NCBI GenBank assembly: GCA_051530055.1
Contig: CM121341.1
Coordinates: 1,302,001-1,366,000, forward strand
Reading direction: 5' to 3'
DNA: 64,000 bases
Source: Neoechinorhynchus agilis
Taxonomy: Eukaryota > Animalia > Acanthocephala
Shown here: piece after piece, positions 1 through 12,090 of the stretch
How positions within the stretch are numbered: the stretch's first letter is position 1
Layout: every line of letters starts with the position of its first letter
Program-made: the position numbers and the translations under genes
Notes under the pieces: model-generated
Database searches by the model: none
What the model was told of the DNA's origin: nothing
What the model saw: only the letters and a program-made list of their open reading frames with translations

Positions 1-1124
1 TTTCACAATGAGAGTTCGTCAGCGAAAATCGATACTCATTAGATGTATTAAAAAAATGAGCCTTGCCTTTACTCGCAAAGGAAAATCTCTTGGGCTCTAT
101 TCAATTGATGATCTCGTCAATACAAACATTACCTTCAAAGTTGCGACGAATTAAGAAAATAATATTTTTTTGAAAATAATTATAATGTTGCTGTTTATGG
201 ATATGGGCTAAATCAGTAAGCTTGAAGGAAACCGGTCAATCCGCTAATCAAGTTTTTTAACTTTTGTTGGATGCCGGCTAAACCGCTTCAAAGCAAAACG
301 ATAGAATGGAACTTAAAATCGCAGAAATTCGGATGGAATAACGAACTTGATAACATAAAAGATATTTTTATTAAAATAAGAAATATCACCTAAATGCCGT
401 ATTGATTTGGTTTTCAGATATAAAGTTTTTTGAGAACAGGATCGCTGATGATGCAATCGAAGTTCAGATCGCTCGGTTAAAGGATTTCGGGTAAGATGAA
501 CGGAGCTTAAAATGTTCGGTAAAAAATATGAAACGTTAAAGACAATAAAACGCAAATAAAATACTACGCTTGAACTAATTGACTGGTATGAATATGGAGA
601 CAATTTATTATTCATCGAGAGAAATTCCTCCGGGATGATAGAGCAATTCAATACAAAACAACCAATATGTTTTTAGAAAGGATTTATTCGGGGTTTTTCA
701 AAATGGGAGCGGTACTATGCAAATATTTACAGTTGAATAAACCCGTGGCAGAAGGATAGCGCCTTGAACTACAGAGGTTTTCAGTATTTCGTAATTTTGT
801 TGGAATATTGAAGTCTTGTTAGAAACGTGTGGATTTGATTTTTATTATTATCGCAAGAGTAAAAAAAGTAAGAAAAATTTACAGCGCATTTTATAAATAT
901 AGAATTCAATTAGCTTTGACGGTTTCAAAAGAAACGCACTCTTTTTGTTACAATTTCACCAAATTTTTATTAAAAAGATTTCACTGTAAGCTCGGCGGTG
1001 CTTTACTTGTCCAGTTCGTCCAAGGAACACCTCAGATTAAAACCACCGCATTTTAAAGAGAAGCTTGCATGAAAGTATTTCTTTATAACTTTTATTAGGA
1101 ATTTGGATAATTGGTTGCACAGAT

Positions 1125-3006
1125 TTAATCATCTTCCTCGTCTTCAGACACGTATAATCCCATTGAGGAAAGCATGGTACTGACTGGGTTCACGGTGTAA
1201 CTCTCATTTGCAACACTAAGTGATTCCAACAAATTCTTGAGTGCCTCGCATTCATCCGGATCCTCGAGCTCGGAATCGTTTTCAGAATCCGATGACTGTG
1301 ACGAACTGGTACATAACAACATTTTGTCTATACTCTTTAAAATCTCATTTCCGTCAATAGAAGGACAATCGTTCTTCATACTCCAAGGTTCCTCGGCACC
1401 TTCCATCAATCCACTTCTGCCCTTGACAAAGTCACCGATCGCCTTTGGTATAAGATCAGGTTGAAATCTTACGTTAATGGAAGATGTCACGTATTCTTCA
1501 TGAAGCTCCGGTACAACGCCAAGTTGGTTTACGCAATCCATCTTAGGTGCTTTAAGCCAACCGCAGTACAGCTTGGCGCTAAGTGTTCCCTCTGACGAAG
1601 TACTTTGATAAGTATTCCAAGGAACGGCCGATGCGCTCCGGGCTGCATTGACTTTGGAATATAGCATTTTGTGAATGCATACCATTATTTTTTTCAATTC
1701 CGGTTGCTTGCCCGCTTCAAAAGTGACCGTGCAAGTGTTTGGATTGTCTAAAAAGTGGTGGCATATTGACGACAGAGAAATTTTATTCTGTTGAATCTCG
1801 TTTGCCATTTTTACAGGGCATGTGATTTCAAACGATTTCGAACAGCATCTCGGATCTGTGTATTTGAATATTTTTGCTTTTATATTAAAAGGGAATCGAT
1901 TATTAAAAGGTATTGAGCAAGCAGTTGATCTTTTTCAGATTAAAATTTGATAATGTTATTTATACAACTAACTAGAATTGCTCTTGGAATGAAATTTTGA
2001 ACATCAGCCTTTCAAGCCTGTCAAACAAACAAAGTAGAATGAGATATCGCGAATTGAGCATGCCGTCATGGACAGCGAAGAAGTTAATTCGATCATGTGA
2101 TAAATGAACTTTTCCTTTCTCAAAAATCAAACAGATATTTTATAGCTTTGAGATCCATGGGCGATTATCGTTAAACTTTCTAAGTCAAAAAATTCTTAAA
2201 CGACGTAACGACATTCAACTATTAAAGAGAAATCGTTTGGTAGGACAAAAAGATGTAATAAAATGGCAAGATGATTTTCTCTGAGATCTAAATCAATTCT
2301 CCTTTTTCACAGTCCTGAACACTTTCCTTCATTTCGGTGGCGTTATCAGAAACATGTTTATGAAACTCCTTAACAACTGTTTTATCTCTTACCAAATGTA
2401 TCTTTCCATTAGCGACGAAAATCCTGTCATCGATATCGTCAACCAAATCTTCTTCATCTAGGAAATAGGCGCACTCAACCAATAAGAATTGACAACCTTC
2501 GGCTGGATTAATTATTCGTATCACACATTGGTTTTGTGCACTAAAATCGAATAATATTTTCGTGAGCATCCATTGGTCGTCTATATTGACAGGTTGTGTT
2601 GCAAGATCGGATCACATTTCCAGACGAAAAATACATAGTAGACGAATTTAATAGGTTTTACATTTTTTTCCCTGAATCTGAATCAATTTTACGGTTTCGA
2701 ATGAGGACTATGCACATCGCACACCCTAATTAACATTTGATATCACTTTTAAAATTGACTAAAGAGTCATAAATAATACAAAAAAGCAAAATCTTAACGC
2801 AAAACACAGCCTGTCAAAAATATGCAATCGTCTACGATCTCGTACTTTTTCATCGTGATTAAGTTTTCGGTTTTACAAAGGAACTGAGGAAGTCCAAAAT
2901 GACTGTACCATGAGTACGGACATTCGCGAACAGCTTTATTCAGTGAGTCACTCAGCAATCCACAATTACGCTCAACGAATATCTCACAGAGAACGGCCGA
3001 TTCCAT
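1125..3006 (-). CDS. ECD: Ecdysoneless/hSGT1 homolog, 3 exons: 3006-2799, 2580-2311, 1855-1125 (~402 aa)
   Basis: GT-AG splicing joins three ORF pieces in frame. HDQWMLTKIL..RIINPAEGCQFLLVECAYFL..DRIFVANGKIHLV resembles ECD DEWFIVYVI..RIEDNDGEFLLIEAADFL..NRVFFCHGELCII. The C-terminal IGDFVKGRSG..GAE and NPVSTMLSSMG match the SGT1-domain end. Confidence 0.75.
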
Positions 3007-3063
3007 TTTCGAGAATCTAAAATGTAACCAGCGTTTATGGAAAGGGAACATTGACAGAAAATC

Positions 3064-3270
3064 TCATTTGAAAAAAGAATGGACAAAGCTTGACTCTTTA
3101 CTCCTCGAATCGGTGCTCGCTTTTTCTAAACTGTTTCGCCTGCCGATCTCAATGAAGGCAGAAGTAGTTCTCCTTTTGCGTTGAACGTGACTCCAATAAC
3201 TAACGCCAATTGCTATTGAACATGTGAACGCCATAGAAGTGAACAGGACAACCCTGGACGCAGTTGACAT
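3064..3270 (-). CDS. Small membrane protein, possibly PET117-like (cytochrome c oxidase assembly)
   Basis: 68-aa ORF MSTASRVVLFTSMAFTCSIAIGVSY resembles the PET117 N-terminus MSRSSKVVLGLSVLLTAATVAGVH; the C-terminal match is weak. Ends 57 bp upstream of the ECD ATG on the same strand. Confidence 0.35.
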   Translation of the reverse strand: MSTASRVVLFTSMAFTCSIAIGVSYWSHVQRKRRTTSAFIEIGRRNSLEKASTDSRSKESSFVHSFFK

Positions 3271-3711
3271 TATCCACGAAACCGAAATTAAAAACAGTGT
3301 AAAGCCGCTTAGAAAATGAACTCACTTTTGTCCAAATCGAAAAAGATCTCTGAACGAAGCCTTTATATACGTAAAGATCGGCAAGAACCCAAGTGCAGAA
3401 CAATTATGATGCAACGACCATTCCAATTATGGAATAGAATCTCTAACACTTTTTCAGATATGAATAGGTTTTCAAATCAATATTACATGCGATTTTCGAA
3501 CAAACATGGTGACTCCAGATACAACAATACCATACGTCCGTCAGATAGACAACAACAACAACGGGACGAACGCCTTCAATAAAGGATTTAAAAATACCTC
3601 ACGTCACGTTCGTCAGATAGACAACAACAGCGTTGTGCGCCTTCTACAACTGAGTAAACAAGACCGAACGTTGCATATTAATAGAGACAACAACAGCGTT
3701 GTGCGCGCGCT

Positions 3712-5898
3712 AAAAGACGTAGTGGACGAGACATTACGTCGCCAACGTCAGATACACAACAACATCTTTGTGTTCACGTTCAACGAAGTATTGAACAAGA
3801 CCGAACGCCGCAACGTCACAAAGACAAAAACAGCGTTGTGCGCGCGGTAAAAGACGTAGTGGACGAGACATTACGTCGCAAACGTCAGATACACAACAAC
3901 ATCCTTGTGTTCACGTTTAACGAAGTATTGAACAAGACCGAAAGCCGCTAACGTCAAATAAACAACACAATTGTGCGCACGCTTAGCGACGTAGTGAACA
4001 AAGACCGAACGCCGCAACGTCACAGACAAAAACAGCGTTGTGCGCGCGGTAAAAGACGACGAGACATTACGTCGCAAACGTCAGATACACAACAACATCC
4101 ACGTGTTCACGTTTAACGAAGAATTGAACAAGACCGAACGTCGCTAACGTCAAATAAACAACAATCGAGTTGTGCGCACGCTTAGCGACGTAGTGAACAA
4201 GACCAGACGCCGCAACGTCACAGAGACAAAAGCAGCGTTGTGCGCGCTAAAAGACGTAGTTGGACGAGACATTACGTCGCAAACGTCAGATACACAACAA
4301 CATCCTTGTGTTCACGTTTAACGAAGTATTGAATAAGACCGAACGCCGCTAGCGTCAAATAAACAACAATCGAGTTGTGCGCACGCTTAGCGACGTAGTG
4401 AACAAGACCGAACGCCGCAACGTCACAGAGACAAAAACAGCGTTGTGCGCGCGCTGAAAGACGTAGTGGACGAGACATTGCGTCGCAAACGTCAGATACA
4501 CAACAACATCCACGTGTTCACGTTTAACGAAGTATTGAACAAGACCGAACGCCGCTAACATCAAATAAACAACAATCGAGTTGTGCGCACGCCTAGCGAC
4601 GTAGTGAACAAGACCGAACGCCGCAACGTCACAGAGACAAAAACAGCGTTGTGCGCGTGCTAACAGACGTAGTGGACGAGACATTACGTCGCAAACGTCA
4701 GATACACAACAACATCCTTGTGTTCACGTTTAACGAAGTATTGAACAAGACCGAACGCCGCTAACGTCAAATAAACAACAATCGAGTTGTGCGCACGCTT
4801 AGCGACGTAGTGAACAAGACCGAACGCCGCAACGTCACAGAGACAAAAACAACGTTGTGCGCGCGCAAAAAAGACGTAGTGGACGAGACATTACGTCGCA
4901 AACGTCAGATACACAACAACATCGTTGTGTTCACGTTTAACGAAGTATTGAACAAGACCGAACGCCGCTAACGTCAAATAAACAACAATCGAGTTGTGCG
5001 CACGCTTAGCGACATGGTGAACAAGACCGAACGCCGCAACGCCACAGAGACAAAAACAGCGTTGTGCGCGCGCTAAAAGACGTAGTGGACGAGACATTAC
5101 GTCGCAAACGTCAGATACACAACAACATCCTTGTGTTCACGTTTAACGAAGTATTGAATAAGACCGAACGCCGCTAGCGTCAAATAAACAACAATCGAGT
5201 TGTGCGCACGCTTAGCGACGTAGTGAACAAGACCGAACGCCGCAACGTCACAGAGACAAAAACAGCGTTGTGCGCGCGCTGAAAGACGTAGTGGACGAGA
5301 CATTGCGTCGCAAACGTCAGATACACAACAACATCCACGTGTTCACGTTTAACGAAGTATTGAACAAGACCGAACGCCGCTAACATCAAATAAACAACAA
5401 TCGAGTAGTGCACACGCTTAGCGACGTAGTGAACAGGACCGAACGCCGCAACGCCACAAAGACAAAAACAGCGTTGTGCGCGCGGTAAAAGACGTAGTGG
5501 ACGAGACATTACGTCGCAAACGTCAGATACACAACAACATCGTTGTGTTCACGTTTAACGAAGTATTGAACAAGACCGGTGCCGCTAACGTCAAATACAA
5601 CAACAATCGAGTTGTGCGCACGCTTAGCGACGTAGTGAACAAGACCCACCGCCGCAACGCCAGAGAAAAATAAAGCGTCAGTGCGTTACTAAAAAAGACG
5701 TAGTGGACGAGACATTACGTCGCAAACGTCAGATACACAACAACATCCTTGTGCTCACGTTTAACGAAGTATTGAACAAGACCGAACGCCGCTAACGTCA
5801 AATAAACAACAATCGAGTTGTGCGCACGCTTAGCGACGTAGTGAACAAGACCGAACGCCGCAACGTCACAGAGACAAAAACAGCGTTGTGCGCGCGCT
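3712..5898 (+). repeat. Tandem array of a 206-bp unit (3 x ~69-bp monomers), ~10-11 units; degenerate monomers extend left to ~3530
   Basis: Recurring AAAAGACGTAGTGGACGAGACATTACGTCGC every ~206 bp; internal monomers of 69+69+68 bp align to each other. Confidence 0.95.
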
Positions 5899-8215
5899 TT
5901 CGCAAAACGAGCTACGTAGAATGTATTGAAAGATGAGATTATTGATTGGCCCTATCACAAGTCTTCGTACGCAAATTTGACATTTTACCTTAATGTTTTC
6001 TAAATTTGTATTTAACGACTTCGTAAACGAAAATAAGAACATAAGTTTTGCACAAAATAGGTCCTATAATTTATTATCAGCAGGACGCTTTGCACTAGAT
6101 TTTCGATGCATGAACTTAAAAGGTCATCAATATGGTTCATGGTTTCTTTTTCTTCGGGAACAGAGAAATAAAAAGTGTTTTTGCAAACACTTTGCCCTTG
6201 AACAATATGAAATTTTTCAAATGCTACGAATATAATTTTGATGAACGTAACACAAGAAATGAAATTGAGCGAATATTCTCAAATTTCTTACATATTTATG
6301 TTTATACTCCATTGCAAATAAGCGTTTTATTAAAAAATCAGTAAAATTTGTTTCTCTTATAAAATTTTTTTTCACCTAACCGGTTAAAAATTTCGTCATA
6401 CTTTAATACTAAAACGATTGAGAACCCTAATCACTTTCGAAATAAAGGGCAATGACTGCGGAATTTACGACCCTTTTTGGCCAACACTGGAGATTCTTAT
6501 ATGTTAAAACAAAGCATAATTTACATCGCATTTTTATTTTATTAATTTATCGTATCATTTTAATCTTAGCTGACAATGAATTTTTAACTGCTTTCAATTT
6601 TCCGTCAGATTGTTTGAATCCTTAGCTTGCTAGCTTATGTTCTAAAAATATTGTTTTTAAGAATGCTTCATTAATCTCATATAACTGTGAACATATTTTA
6701 ATCCTTGAGATGTTGCTAAAGTAGAACTTGCAAGCGTCAAGCATTCAAATTAAAGTCGTAGATTCTCCATTAAATTCAGAAGAGATACAGGAAAACTCAA
6801 TGCATAAATTATATTCGTAATGTCATGTTTCCATAAAATGAACTTCCAAGACACTATTTAAGAAATAATGTCGCAATATTCTCACAAAACATTTTAGCAT
6901 GAAAAGTGGTGCCAAAAAGCATCAATTGGAAATCGATTATTCGTGCAATTATATTGTTGGCTTTGGTTACAATTAGTTTTAAGGTGTGCATCGTAACTCT
7001 CATTAAACCTAGAAAGGCATGAAACAAAAATAAAATAGAAATTGTGTCGAACGGATTTGATTTGAAACAATTTTCCTAGAAAAACGAATCGTTCGATCAA
7101 TTTGATTAACACAATTATAAAATTCAGCCAGTAAGAAAGTATTACGGCTTCGCATTAGCTATTTATTTGGTCTTATTGAGTTTCACATGGCCTCAAAATA
7201 GTATAAACGTTTTGTATTTTCGCTTACTGAAACCACACTCATTTGAAATTTCAGTAGAAATATTATTGGCGCATGAAGCATTAAATACTTCGCGGCCGCC
7301 AATGAGATCAAAGAAGCGTTGCAAGCACTGACAATTAAATTTTAATAGTTAACTTTCTGCTATGTAATTTATTCAAAGAAAAAAATTCGATTGTTCCTTG
7401 CGTTGCGCCTTAATCCTTAACTTTGCAAGTAAGGCAAATATAAACGCAAGCTAGGCGAGGCCAATACATGGCACGAAAAAATAGTTAGAAAAATCGTTCA
7501 GTAACATTGACATTCAGAGTCAAATACACAAAAGTTTGTCATACAAAAAACCGAATAGCACGGTACAAAATCGGGTTTTTCGCTTTGCAGTGATCCTACG
7601 GTAAAAACCACTTGTACTGAATTTGAAGGAAATTTACAATTGCGTAAAATTTTTTATTTTCGAATACTGTTCCGATCAAAAAAAATTTGCATGTCTTTTT
7701 AAAAGCAAAATTTTGTTTTATGAATAATGCGACTGGAAAATCAAGTAGTATTTCACAAGGCTAACGTCCAAAGCAAATAATATTTTGCATTACAGAAGGT
7801 TGTTGGGTAGAAAACAAGCTGTTAAAAAAGGTAGTATTTTAATTTCCTAAACGAACATAACCGGCTTTCAAAAGTTCAAACTTTTTATGTTCTTTAACGC
7901 CCGTTAATTTACAATATTACTAGCTTTTGTTTTGCAAAACATTTGCTCATTACAAAGTCGTGACACACGAAAAGATTAACACTTGCATATTCTAAAGGGA
8001 GAAAACATTGTGGAAAACACAACCAAGGAGCTCCCACGAAACTGTATTAGCGATGTGTACAAAACAAGCTCATTCGTCAAATCATTGTTTCTAAGCCATA
8101 GGTATATATATGCGCTCTGAAAAATCCCGGATCATTCGTCTTAGTCAAGATAGAACGCGACACTTTTATTAAATTTCCGAATTCTATTCATTAAACCAAA
8201 CATTTAGTTTCACCA

Positions 8216-8971
8216 ATGGATACCGCAGTATATGACATTCTTCGATGCCTCCTTGACCGAGTGGAAAATCTGCAACAAAATCCAGGCTCCGTAGTCGATC
8301 CTTCAAACGTTCGCATACCGGCGAGTTCTCATGTAACAGGGAGATCAGGGCAACAAATTGGAGCGAGGGATTCAAATGATAGTCGACTCAATCCACCAGC
8401 AAATCAAAATGAATTGGCCGATCTTCCTGGTAATCGCAATGATTCACCGAGAATTACAAACCAGTTTCCTGCCAGTGTTCCAGCTCCACAAGTGAATGTA
8501 ATGAACGAGCTTATGGCTAGCATGAGATCAGTCGCTCCAATAATCGCTGCTTCCCTTCCAGCGTTATTTGATTTTGTGAATCGATCTTCGGACACTGCTC
8601 AAAACAATGATCAAAGAATAGCTTCTACGGCGACGCAAAACGCTCAACGATTAATTGGACGAAATGTGCCCAGAATTGAACAACCATCAGGATACAGTGA
8701 ACAATCCTGGCTTGTAAAAGAGCTTGACAACATGATTCGACGGGAAGCTACAAATTACAATAACGCCGGGATCCTTGGACTTGAAATTGTCAATGAGTTT
8801 TTACATTCACAACGCGGCTTAGAAAACATTCCTTCGCGTTTGCTTAAAAGCAAAACAGGAAAACCTTGTCTTCTTTGTGGCACCAATGAATGTGTTTCCT
8901 GGTATTACAAACAAGAAAAAGTCTTGTGTGCCAAATGTGCAAATTCCCTCTTCAAAACGGCCGAAGATTAA
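8216..8971 (+). CDS. Lineage-specific protein with C-terminal GATA-like C4 zinc finger (copy A); frameshifted extension to 9169 encodes a second degenerate finger
   Basis: 251-aa ORF ending CLLC-x16-CAKC. A probable 5'UTR intron (AG|GTATAT at ~8101 to CATTTAG at ~8207) precedes the ATG. Confidence 0.55.
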   Translation: MDTAVYDILRCLLDRVENLQQNPGSVVDPSNVRIPASSHVTGRSGQQIGARDSNDSRLNPPANQNELADLPGNRNDSPRITNQFPASVPAPQVNVMNELMASMRSVAPIIAASLPALFDFVNRSSDTAQNNDQRIASTATQNAQRLIGRNVPRIEQPSGYSEQSWLVKELDNMIRREATNYNNAGILGLEIVNEFLHSQRGLENIPSRLLKSKTGKPCLLCGTNECVSWYYKQEKVLCAKCANSLFKTAED

Positions 8972-9331
8972 AATAAAAAGATGGTGGTAATCGCGGTCGA
9001 AATGCAAACACCGAATACATATCGGCTTGTCAGAGTTCTCCAAAGTATCGAAAGCAAAGCAACGAGACAATCAGCTGCAAAAGATTCTATGGAACGAAAA
9101 GTTCTTGGTATCGCTGTTATAATCTTCTTTTTGTGCACGAATTGTCCACCTCAAGTTGCATATGAATAAAGAACTTTTATTATGTTATTCTCGAACTTAC
9201 GATTTATCGATATGTGCTGTAAGAATTCTTTTACCCAATTTATCAACGAAAAAGTCGAAGAATATTGAACGTGGCCGATTGAAATTAAAGTAGAATAATT
9301 TCCCTAGCAACGGTTACTGATTCAATTTTAA

Positions 9332-9833
9332 ATGCATTGTCGTCCTTTTTTAGGCGTAATTGCAAATTTGAGAAAAAATGATGTTGAAAGCATGCACAGT
9401 AAAGCGCATCTTCTTGGACGACGTATCATGTTGAATATTTATAAAAATTTAATTTATTCAACAAGAAAAGTGAATTTTAGGAAAATTCACATTCATCGAG
9501 AATATTCTGATATTACCGCTTTAATGGTAAAATCAGCAACAAAAAAAGAACTTGAAAAGGTTGGATTACTTTAACCAATCAGCATCATGTCCTCGATTAA
9601 AGGATCTTTTAAAGGAAGCTAAAATATTAAAGAAGCTTGACCACTTTAGTGTTTGTGTATTTGACAGCAGTGCAATAGTCGATGGACGATTAATACTTTC
9701 ATATTATCCAATCGGGTGGCCATTGAGTCTTATTTTGGTGGATTCTATGATTAGCGTACCACCATCAATTTTGCGAAATTTTACATTTCAAATAGCTGAT
9801 GGTCTTCATTATCTTCATTCAAAAGAAATAATT
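9332..9833 (+). pseudogene. Receptor-tyrosine-kinase-like catalytic fragment (subdomains I-VIa), truncated just before HRD
   Basis: LLGRRIMLNIYK; KSATKKELEK|DLLKEAKILKKLDH after a 43-nt GT-AG intron (9560-9602); FQIADGLHYLHSKEII, then an abrupt switch to RTE sequence. Confidence 0.55.
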
Positions 9834-12090
9834 AGTGAGCTTTCCAACTGGTCTCCTGCACTCCCGCTATGCCGATCCTTCTCATCAACTATTTCTCGAC
9901 TCCTTCCCGTCATCGATCCCACATTTAGCGTTGCTATTCTTAGGTCACTTGTGTAGAATAATTTCTTTAGCCGAAACCGTCCATGCCTCGGTAGCCTTTG
10001 ATGATTTAACACAAGCTCCAGGCGAAGAACTTGCGCGTCGCAGCCTTAGTGCTTTGGTTGATTCGGTTGTTGGTTGTCATTTGGATCAAAATTTGGCAAG
10101 AATTTTACAGCTGGATGCCCTTCATGACGCCAACCCTCCTCCTTTTTCAGCCGGGCTTGGGATTGTCCTTGGCGAGCAAAAAACCTAACACATTTCACAA
10201 GAGGTGCGCTCAAATCTGTTCCTCCGAACTCCTGCCCTTAGAAGAACTAACTTCTCTAATCTTTCAAAAGCACTCAAAAGCGCTTTCATTATCCTCCGCT
10301 CGCGTCGCCCCAACATTTTCCATCCTTCATTTCCTCGCACAAACCTCTACCTTCGATCCTTCTTCCCCGCTGCTTAATCCTCCAAATGCAAATTGATTCG
10401 AAGGAAGGAATGGAAGACTTCATATTCTCACGCTTTTCCCTCTTTCGAGAGGTTGCGGGTCCTAATATTACATCTATTTGGTGAAAAATGTTGAGTCCAA
10501 TTTAACTTCGATCTTGATTTACACAATCCACCCAACGCTTCTTGAGTCTTCCTCTGCGCCGCCTTTCCAATATCCTCTATGCTTATATGCCTTCTCTCGC
10601 TATTCATAACCTTATTGAACAACCGCAATCTTCTTTGAGCTATCAATTCGGTGCATCGGTTATCTAGCATCCTTCTAATATCCTCGTTTCTTTTCCTATC
10701 CCTGAATGTGAAGCCAGCTGCCCATCTCAACATCCTCATTTCATTCGATTCTAATCGACTGAGGTCGTCTTTCTTGGTCGTCCACGTCTCTGCGGCGTAC
10801 AACATTGTTGGTCTCACTACAGTCTCGAATACTCCGATCCTTTTGGCTTTAGCCCGATCCTTTTATCACATACAGAATACGGTTGACATTTTTATCCAGT
10901 TGTGCCATCGGCTTTGTATTCGGGGAGTTATTTTAGGTTTGAGAGAGTTGGCCATACTGACCTTGCTACCAAGATATTGAACTGACGCTTTTAATGTTAA
11001 TTGTTTGGCATCTCATTCTAGATCCTCCGAACCTGTATTCGCTCTGCTTACTTTGATTCCGTTGCTTTCCAATCTCTCACGCCACCCTTCCAGTCTTTGC
11101 ATAGCCACTTGGCGTTTTTCCGTTGTGACTATCAAGTCATCATCGTACTTTAAAGTCCACGGCGGCATTGAATCGTTTTGCTGGGATCCAAATACGTTCA
11201 TGATCGTAATGAATAGGAACGGACTGAGGACAGATCCCTGATGTAATCCAACTGAGACCCCAAAATAATTTGTTTCGATCACACTGCATCGGACACTTAT
11301 GTATGATCCGTCCTACATTGTCCTGATAGTTTGTACGTACTGTTTGGGGCAATTTTTCTTTCTAAGGCAGTTCCATATCAGGTCTCTCGGCACTGTGTCG
11401 TATTCCTTTTCAAAGTCGACGAATGTACTGTATAGCGGCTTCTGCTTTTCATCGAACCTCTTGTACAATTGTCTAATTAAGGAAATCTCATCCGTAGTGC
11501 TTCCTCGACCTGGCATGAAGCCAAGCTGTTGCTCGTCTCTCCCATGCTTCATTGTATGACTGATCAATTTTATACCCCGGTAGCTGCTACATTGTTCAAC
11601 CTCGCCTTTCTGTTTATAGATCGGAGTCACTGTACTTTTCTGCCAAGCTTCCGGCATTTTGGCAATGTCTGATATCCTCCTGAATTGGATGGTAAGCACT
11701 CGAATACCGAATCCGCCCAACGATTTCCAGCCTTCGATCGGAATGTCGTCCAGTCCTGCACTTTTACCGGTTTTCATGCGACGATGCTGTACTGCGAACT
11801 CTTTGTAGGAGAACGGTCGAATTAGATTCGCGTTTGGTGGTGCTTGATCATAAGGCTGGCGAGGATTTTTTGTATTATTGAGTTTGTCGAAATACTCTCG
11901 CCATCTTTGAAGGATATAGTTTTCGCTTCTTAGGTTTTTCTCGACGAGTCTTTAATTCTTTTTACGACTGGAATATCCTAAGATCTTTTGTCGTGAATTC
12001 GGGCGATCTTAAATATCATTTGCACACCTTCATCGTTTTCAAGTGCCTCGTATATTTCTCGATTCGATTCCTTCTTGGAAAGCACATTGG
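9834..12090 (-). mobile_element. Degenerate RTE-clade non-LTR retrotransposon, permuted (RT and 3' end, followed by 5' end and APE start)
   Basis: MKTGKSAGLDDIP..IYKQKGE..SYRGIKLISHTMK..QLGFMPGRGSTTD..FVDFEKEYD (RT); GLHQGSVLSP; RPTMLYAAETW..EMRMLRW (C-term); LRIATLNVGSMTGRSRE (APE N-term). Stops and frameshifts present. Confidence 0.85.

Noticed and set aside
419-660. PIM-like kinase exons (IKFFENRIADDAIEV.. / LIDWYEYGDNLLFIER)
   Set aside because: No splice solution joins them without a stop, and no HRD or DFG motif is nearby; the similarity may be chance.
3871-5509. Repeated 68-aa MSRPLRL.. ORFs (also 30051-33485) as genes
   Set aside because: They are the antisense reading of the satellite unit and recur only because the unit repeats.
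3712-5898. CRISPR array
   Set aside because: The whole unit repeats with no unique spacers, there are no cas genes, and the context is eukaryotic.
5993-7112. Short AT-rich ORFs here and similar ones at 43499-44682 and 56110-56788, plus shadow ORFs overlapping real genes
   Set aside because: No recognisable domains; composition typical of intergenic or antisense frames.
8969-8971. Reassigned TAA codon (alternative genetic code) suggested by in-frame stops in the zinc-finger genes and the satellite
   Set aside because: Tubulin, eIF3b, MCU, PSMD7 and importin-4 all terminate at TAA at expected positions.
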